Source: an uncultured bacterium (GTDB taxonomy: Bacteria; Omnitrophota; Omnitrophia; Omnitrophales; Aquincolibacteriaceae). Taken from it: DNA of 64,000 nt. The DNA lies in NCBI GenBank assembly GCA_964562525.1, contig CAZLTL010000006.1, positions 31,187 through 95,186 on the forward strand, read 5' to 3'. Numbering within the stretch: position 1 is the first letter of the stretch; each line of letters begins with the position of its first letter. The notes under the pieces are model-generated. The model was not told where the DNA came from, ran no database searches, and was given only the letters and a program-made list of their open reading frames with translations. Both the position numbers and the translations under genes were made by a program. Positions 48,401 to 57,400 of the stretch are shown here, in pieces.

Positions 48401-51400
48401 TGACGGAGTCACTGCGAACTGGGAAATTGTGGAAAACCTGCTGCTGGGAGACCCCGGAAAATTTGATGCGGCATTCGAGTTTGAAAAAGACGAAGAGGTT
48501 TACTTAAAAATAAAACCCGCCAACTTCAAACAGCAGCAAGATTTGACTGAAGCGGGTTTTGAGTCTGAAAATCCGAATTGGGTTAAGAGTTTAGTGGATG
48601 ATGCGCAGCTGCTTACTTATGTGGTTGGAGCTCAGCCCAAGATCCGTGCTTATCTTGTCCAAGATAAATCAAGAAATACGACCGGCTTAAATCAAATCGA
48701 GTTTGATGCGGGCGGAGTTGTTCGGCCGAAGGGTGATAAGGGTATTTCTGCAAGCCGGTTGAATGAAGCTGGCCAACTAATTACTTTTATACCGCAGGTT
48801 TTTGTTTTAACGAAAGCCGGAGTTTTGCCCGGCAGATTTAAAACTTTATCAGAAAAAGATGAAATAGAACGTGTTGCGGCTGAAAGATTGGCTGCTGAGC
48901 AAGAAAATCTGCGGGCAGTTCAGCGTTCAACTGCCGCATTAAAAGAAATTCAAGACCGCATGAGTGCGCTCGCGGCATCGATGGAAAGTGAGTCTGCGTG
49001 GTCTTTTGTTCCTCAAAGCATTCCTAATATTGATCGTGAGGAAATTGCGGATAGCGATGACCTTAAGTTGATTCGAGCGCGCAGTCAGATGATTTCTGAA
49101 GATTTGAATTCTTTACGAATAGCTTGGCAGCAGGCGACGGATACACAAAAGAAATGGGACAGGCTGCTCCGAGATTGGGCTTCTGCTTACGATAAAATCA
49201 ACAAAGAAAGCAGTAAGCTTGCCGGCTTAAATTTTCAATCGATTGCGGTGAATCTGCAAAGCCGCCGTGAGGCATTGAATAAAATAGAAACGTATCTTGA
49301 AAGTTTGGTCAGAATAATGGGCTCGTTTCAAGCCAAAAAAGCTGAATTTGAAAGCAAATTACAGGCTGAGAAAGAAAGAAAAAGAGCGGAAATAGAGCGA
49401 GTTCGGTTCGAATCTTCTCAGAGGCGTGGTGCTTTTTGGGATAGGGTTAACCGTTGGGGGCCGTTTGGTTTGATCGCTTTTGCTGCAATGGCTCTGATTT
49501 GGTTTTTGGGGATACGCGAAAAAACTGTCGCACCTGAAGTTCGTTTGTCGCAACCGGAAATGATGGATTATTCTTTACAGGGCTTGCCCCAAGGGATTTT
49601 GGACGCAATGCAGCGAAATCGGCAGAATTTGAAATGGACCCCGCAAGAGGTTCTTTTACAGCTGCAGACTCTTATATCAAAGCATGTCACAGATGAGCTG
49701 GATTTGGGGCCAATGACAATTGCTGGTTTTCCAAAAGATTTCGATCAGCTTGAAGTTGTAAACCCGCCCAAGGATGCTTACTCGATTGTTATTCCGGGAG
49801 TGCAATTTTACCAAGCCGAGTTCATTCCGAAGCTGAATAACAAACCGATTAAGCAATTTCAGCAAATGGTTGTTTCAGTAGAAACAGTTCGCGGTGCGAA
49901 AGTATTTTATGCACAAGATACGATTGTGCAGGTGGGCGAATGGCTGCTTTCTTTAGCGGGCGATTCGATTTCTTCAGCGGAGAGTTTGCGGATGGGTGCC
50001 TACATTGCCCAGGAGTTTGCCGGCACCACCTTTGGTTTAGAGCAAATTGATCATTGGCTTGCGAAAAACGGTGCCTCGCAGGCTCCGAGTCCATTGCTGC
50101 GAGGGCAAGTCGATTTGCCGGTAACGTATTTTATCGCTAAAGAACTTGAGGGATTGCTGTCATCAGACTCTCCGTTTGTTGAGCCGTTTCGGGAGCTGGA
50201 GAAGCAATTAAACGGAGGGCAGGGGAATGTTTCCGCTTCCGGTAAGATTTTGACAGCACTCATAATCAGCGTTTACGCAGACTCTAAGCTCTATCTTGAA
50301 AAAATTAGCGTGGATGAGCAAAAGAAAATATTTGATGCATTATCAAGAGAGCTTGTCCCGCTGGTAAATCAGAATGGCGTTGGCGTTGAGGTTGCGGCGC
50401 TTGAGCGCCTGCGCGGTTCGATCACTTTTCGAATGGCGTCGCAAACTCAAATGCTTTCGGCAGGTTTAAGAAATGGTTCAATTACCTCCGAACAAGCAGT
50501 CTTGCTGTGGAATCAGCTGATGGGGTTGGAGGAGGAAAACATTTTAGCGATTGTTGGATATTTAAATCAGAAAAATATTCCTCAGGCCGCCAAGCTTTCT
50601 GGGTTTGTCAAAAGTTACTTTGAGAATGCCCGTGCTCTTAGCCAAGACCCTGATGGGGTAAGGTATATTCGCGAGCAAGTTGAATTAAGAATGAGAATGG
50701 GAACAGAGCTACTGCACAAATCTGAGCAGACAAAACCGGCCGGTCGTTCTGAAATGCGGGAGTTTGGTGAGCTGGTTGAACGTGTTATTTCGCACACTCA
50801 TTCGGATGGTGCGAACAAAGATCAACGGAAAAACCTTGTTGATTTTTTTAGGATGATGTCGCGAGGATATCAGCAAGAGTTTCTTGCGGAGCTTCAGCAT
50901 CAAGCGCAAGGACAGCCTGCAAGGAAAAAAATAAAAATTGTTTTAAGTCATGAAAATCCTGACCCCGACGCGATCATTAGCGTGATCGGCGAAGCATACG
51001 CTCAGTGGGCGGCATTAAGCGATCAAGAAAAAGATAAAACCTTGGTGATGCCTTTGCTTTACGGCGAGGTTCCGGCAAACACCTTGTATTTGATTCAAAT
51101 GCTGGAACGTCTGCTTAAGAATGATACGGTTCCGGATGAACAGGAATATGGCGGAATGCTCATGCTTCGTGGTCCACCTGCAATTTCTGGAAAGACGGCT
51201 CCCGGAACGATTCTAGATTTATTACTTATAATTAGCACTAACGCTTCTCAGCAGGACTTATTTCAGCCGTCCGGAGCGATAGAGCTAACCTTGATCGATT
51301 TTAACCCTTCTATTGCTCCAAAAGATTTGGATCCTCTTATGCCTGCGATTGTCCGAACCCTGGATCATCACATCCAAAATGTTGAAAAAGCACCGAATAT

Positions 51401-54400
51401 GACTGCGGAGGAAACTTTTATTTTTAAGAATGGCTCAGCCTCAACATTAGCCGCATTGCGCGCCGCAGGCTTAGGGACATACTTAAGTCGCTCAGATTTA
51501 TTTACGCAGCAAAATGTTTCGGCCAATTCTTTTGCAGAGGAACGCGAAAAAATGGAATCAGCTATGTCGGCAATTCCACTGCCGTTACGCCTTTTGTTCT
51601 TGCTGGCAATCATGATTGATACCGATAACTTTAAAAACGACAGTACGGTTAAACCTGTTGATATTTTGGTTTATGAGAGTTTACAGAAGTCTTTATCCGC
51701 CGGGCTGGTTTCCTTTTCTGAATTGATTCCTTACCGTGATCTTATTAAAGATTTTTTGTCGAATTATCACCTCAAAAAAGATTTTTTGCAGGATGATTCC
51801 GCTCGTTCAGTCGCAGAGGTCGATGCTCACAATCGCAAGGCCCTCGTGGACTTAATTTTAAAAGGGGATAAGAAGAAATTTCTCACAGCGGATGGGCAGC
51901 CTTTTCTTTTTTCGAGCATTGATCTTTCTTCTGTTTCTGACCTTCCGAGGATTCGTACTGTGCTTGAACTTGCCCTTCAGGATGTGTTTAACCAAGTTAT
52001 TCGTAATTATGGAACAGGTCAAGATGGCAGCTCAGCTGGGGCGGAGCAATATGCTTTTGTCGTAGTTCGTTTTGCTTTTTGGGGCGATCAAAAGGTTGAA
52101 ATTCACACCATGCGAAAAAACTTAACCGCAAATCAACCGGGGATAGATGGGCAGGCTTTGGCAAACTTTATGCAGGCCGCGATGACGACGAATGGCCAAC
52201 CACCCCTTTCAGGCACTTCGCACAAACATGGTTTTGTTTTGCTCCCGGCGACATGGATGCAGCGTAAGCAACTTTCCGGTTTATTGGAAAATTATAAAAA
52301 CCCTGAAAAAGAGACTCGCCGTTCTGAAAGCCGCGCCGGTTATATTTCGAGAAGAACTGCGATTTTTGGGGGATTGATGGCATTGTCCTCTTATTTTGTT
52401 CCTTCGTCATTAGTGGCAGAGCAAAATGCGCAAAAATGGCGTGATGGCGAAAGGCTCATGCACGGTTTAGGCGCTTGGGGTGTTGTCGCGGGCGAGTACG
52501 GCGACACCGATGCTAGTCACATGATTTATCGCGGCCAATCTTTATCTGAAATTAAAATTAGTTTTGATACAAGACGAGGACATGCTCCGCAGGCCGTAAG
52601 CATCAATGCGAATGGCGCCATTCGCGGGCATGCGGTGCAACCAGGAAGAAACGACGGTCTTGCCTCTACTTTTTATCTTCTTCGGTATCACGATGAAAAG
52701 GGCGTTTTACATGACAGCGCTTTGATTCAGAAATTGTTAGGAGTTAAAACACAAGAAGGAAAGCTTGTGTTGGATGTTGAGTTAGGCGACCGCGAAAAGG
52801 GTGCCTCCCGTTGGAAGACTATGAATGCCCAAATTGTTATTTATCCTCCCGATCGTGTTGATGGGACGTTGCGGATGGATATCCACCGCTCTGCTCCTCA
52901 GGGTTTGAAAGTGTCTCAAGAAAAATTAGGTTTAATGGAAGGTCTCATGACGGAATTTATCGCTACGAACCATAGCGGTGCGGATTCTGACTTTGATGGC
53001 AGAGAGTATTCAGATGCTCAGGCAGCTCAATTTTATGATGACAAAGGAAAACTTGTTCTCGATCGAGATTTGAAAAAGGCGCGTGATGAGGTTCCTTCTG
53101 ATTCGGGTTTCAGACTTATAACCGCGGAAGGGGATGATTGGATGCCGAAGAAAATAGGGGGTATAGCGGCTTTTGCGGTGGTAAGTGAAAAACATTCACC
53201 GGCGCACCAATTTAAGCGCATGCCTATTCCTCCGACGATGTTGGTTGTGCCGCATCAAGGATTTTATTTGGCATCAGGTGCGGTGACTTATCGGAAAGGC
53301 GAAACCAATTTTAATTCGGATAATGTGAATGTTACGGTTCAACCCGAAGATGTTGAGGCGGCTTTAAGTAAACCATCATCGGTTTCGGTTTTCTTTATGC
53401 CCGGCGCGACACCTGAATCAGAGAAGCGTATTCCGGCTATGATTCAGTCTGTGCGTCGCTCCGAAGTTCGAGGGGATCAGGACAGGCAATTGGGTGGAGC
53501 AATTTCATTTCCGATTATTATTGGTTTGCTAGGTTCGTTCACCGCCGGCGTTTATGTTTCGATGCTTACACCCGCAATCGCCGGACTCGCTGCGGCGGCC
53601 CTATTCTTTTTACCGATTTATGCTGGCGCACGCTTTTTTTGGCGGACGGTTGTGGAGGGAAAGAATTTTCCATTTCAAAATCTTCAAGACGCCTTTTTGT
53701 GGGAATCGAAACTATTGGCACGCGTTTTATCAAAGAATTGGTCTGAGATTAAACTTTGGATTTTTATGCGAAAAACGCTTTCCGCCGAAGAGATGAGGAA
53801 TCAATTTGATGAGCTCAGCTCTTGGGGGTTAATCCAATCGGACGTGGATGCTTCCTTTTCGGATTCTAAAGATTCTCTCAAGATTCGATTTAAGCTTTTA
53901 AGCTTAGATTCGGAAGAATCGGCCGCAACATCGTCTCATAGCTTGAGTATATCGCGCATTTTTGCCGATGGTGAGCGCGTTTATTTTGAATATTACGATG
54001 ATTCACAATCTCCGGCACGCTACCGCTATCGTATTTTTGATCAAAGCAATTTAAAGAGTGCTGCCGAAGATTTAAGCGCAAACGACTATCGCGCCCAATA
54101 TCGTTCAATTGCCGCACTACATCGATCTGTTCCAACAAGTTTTCTGGATGTCATGAATGATCATAATGAGAGCCCGAGACGCTGGAGCCTTTTGTTTTAT
54201 CCGCTTGTGATTGCGTTTGCAGTATTTGCAGGCTATCAGTATGTGGGAGCTGATGTGATGGACTGGATTTCGCTCTGGCATGATGTGCGATCATCTTATG
54301 TGAAGTTGTTATCGCCGCTTTCCGTTGAAGCGGTGATGGGTATTGGGGTTTTATCTTTGGCAGGTATTGTTCTAGCTTTATTCATTGTTGATCGGGTTTT

Positions 54401-57400
54401 TCTTTTTCTTCAAACATTGATATTTATGATTGCCTCGCTTCCGGCAACTTTGGTCTATGCACTTATTTATTATTCGCGCGTTCCCGATTTAATTTATTTT
54501 GCGTTTTCAAAAAGTGGCAAGCTCAAGCCGACACTTCTGAATAAGCTGGTTAATTTATCGGTTGGTTTGGATGAAATGGAACCCGAGGAACCTGAGTTCG
54601 GAGAAGAGGAAAAATCTGCCCTGATTCGTGAGCAAATAACTCAAACACTTTCAAGTTACGAGATTGGCGTTGATGATCAAATTACTTATTTTGGGAATGA
54701 TCGCCGCTTGGCAAATGAGTTGGCAGCATTTCAGCCCGATACCTATGTTGTTATTTCTCCTGAAAGTGAAAATCTCTCCCAAATTGAAATTGATTTAACG
54801 GCCCCATTTGATGGCGAGGGCATTTGGGAAAGAGCGACCGATAAAACAATTGTTTTTTTTGATGATCACGCCCAAGAAACATTTACCTTTGTGAATGAAT
54901 TGGATTTTAGCCGCGACCAGGTTGTGATTATCGACCCGGACGTTGAAGTGACTTGGGATGAACTGAATGCCTTTTTAACTCAGACGACAGGGACTGGTCT
55001 GATCGTTGGTCATCGCAGTTCCTTTCCGGAAAACTGGGAAAATTTGCTGGGGGATGACGAGCGTTTTGAGGTGCTTGAGGCTGATGATATTGTCACTATT
55101 CACATGAACGATATCAATCGTTCTGAAACACGTTTACAAAAAGCATCATTGCAAATCGTTGACGCGCTTCAAGGCTACGCAAATTGGCTTTCAACATCAG
55201 AGTATGATTTAAGCGCTTCCGCGGTGCGCAAGCAACCTCAACGACTGCGTGAAATAGGTGCTTTTATGGTTTTAGGCAATCCGGATGCTAAAACATTTAT
55301 TGAGTTTGCTAAAGGCTGGTATGAGATTGCTCAAAAAGTTCAGCGCCAAATTCCGATTGTCATAGCCGGAGGCATTGGCAGGGGAACAATAGGTTTGATT
55401 GATACGACGCTTGAGCACTATAGGCAATTAGGACGTTTGAATCCCGCAGAGGAAAAACTTTTGCTCAAAATGCGTTCTCAGGTTGAAAGTTATCTTGAAG
55501 CGAAGGCGTCTGCCGCGATTGCCCGATCAAAACAGCCTGAACATCCCGGTGTGACGGAAAAAAATGTCATCATGTTTATTTTTGCCAAAGAAGGTGTTGG
55601 GCGTTTTGCGTCTCAGCCAGGCAAAGTCGAAGCTTTTGACCCCAGACAGAATTACACCGGGGCTCCGGTGTATTTTGAAAATGGAAACTCGACAAACACT
55701 CCTGAGAACTTTGAGTTTTCCAAGCCTGTTTTTGAATCATTGGTTCAAGAGGGTTTGATTCTGCCTAATCAGAAAACTGTCATTGTGACCGAACCCGCGC
55801 TTTTGGCGAGAATTAAACCTACTTTGCTTTATGTTGCAAAGGAAAAGGGCTGGCAAGGAGATATGAATTGGCCGCGCGCGCGGGTTTATCCGCTTGATTT
55901 AAAAAAGCTGTTTAAGCCGAATAGCATGACTGCGGAAAACGCACAGCGGTTGCTGGATAAAATTCTTTATTGGGCCGGGCCCTCTAAGCGCATGATCGAA
56001 ATGTTTCCCGACTCCGCAAAGAATGTGAGTGAGCTTAAAAAATATGCAGACCAGTATTGGGGGGCTATTTCTGATGGCGGGCTTGACTTTAAAGTGCCCG
56101 TAGAAAAGCTGCGTGAGCGCGTGCCTGAGTACTCAGCTGCGGAAGGCTTGATTCAATCCACATTGATGGCAACCGATGAGTTTCTAGATGCTTTGAGTGA
56201 AGCCAGTTACAAAATTGAATTCGATACGTTGAACCGCACTTTTACGGTCACCGCCCGATCTGAGTCGCGAATGCTTGGAAAAGATAGTTTAATCACCACC
56301 GCAAAAATGACTTTTGAGAATGCTTTGGCCATGGTGAAGCGACGCGGTTCGGATGCGATTACAGATGAGACAGTGAGATTAGCCGAAAACTATCATCGTA
56401 CCCCAGAAGCATGGATCATTGCGAATGAAGAGGAACGCCGCTATGCCGAGCGGCTCTCTTCGATGACTTTGGCGGAAATGAAGGAACATGCTGAAGACAA
56501 AACAAATCCGATTTACGGAGAATTAAACAAATACCGAGGCTTCGATTCAATTGTCAATTATCTCAGTAACGTTCAGGCCCGTCGCGGCGGACAATCGCTT
56601 TCCATTGCGCAACGCTGGATCGATATCCTTACCCAAAGTAACCCGGAAGTTATGGCACAATTTTTTGAGGGTGACCCCGATAATAAGGCGTTGCAAAACT
56701 TGCGTTTTTACCGAGCGTTTTTGCGTGAAATGATTTACCGTTGGGACACCAATGAGAAACCGCGTTCCGCAGAATTGTTTAATGCTCGTTCCGAAATGCG
56801 TTTAGCGGACGAAGATCGCGCTGCCCTTGAGCAATCACTTTCGGAGCTGATGAAATATTTGTCGCAAGGACGCGTTTACCGCATGACACCGGGAATGAAA
56901 GCCTTTGAAATGGACGAGTCATCACGGCCAATGGCTTGGGATGAAATCGCTAATTTGCCTGAGGACTATTTGCCGGATGCAGTTTTATATTTTGGCAGCC
57001 GTGATGATCAGGTTCCGCAGCTTTCGATACCGGTTTTACAAAAAATGATCGCGCGTAAACCTGATTTGAAGATTGTGACCACCGGCAAATGGAGTGATAC
57101 GCATACGGAACTGGCCGGAAACTTCAAAGATGAGTCCGGCGCGCGGATTTCCGAGGCTGAGCATTTTGCCCGCATTCTCGAAAGAGAGTTGGCAATTCAA
57201 GTCGAGCGCGAATCCAATTCAACCAATACCGGACAAAATATTTCGATGGGGCGGGAAAAGTTGACCCAAGCCGGAGTTGATACAAAAAATATTAAACTAT
57301 TGGTTGTCGCTCAGCCGGCGCATCAGCGCCGTGTCGGCGCTTCGGTGTTGAAGCAATGGCTGAAGCCCGAAGAGCTTGCGGGAGGAGACTATCAATTGCA

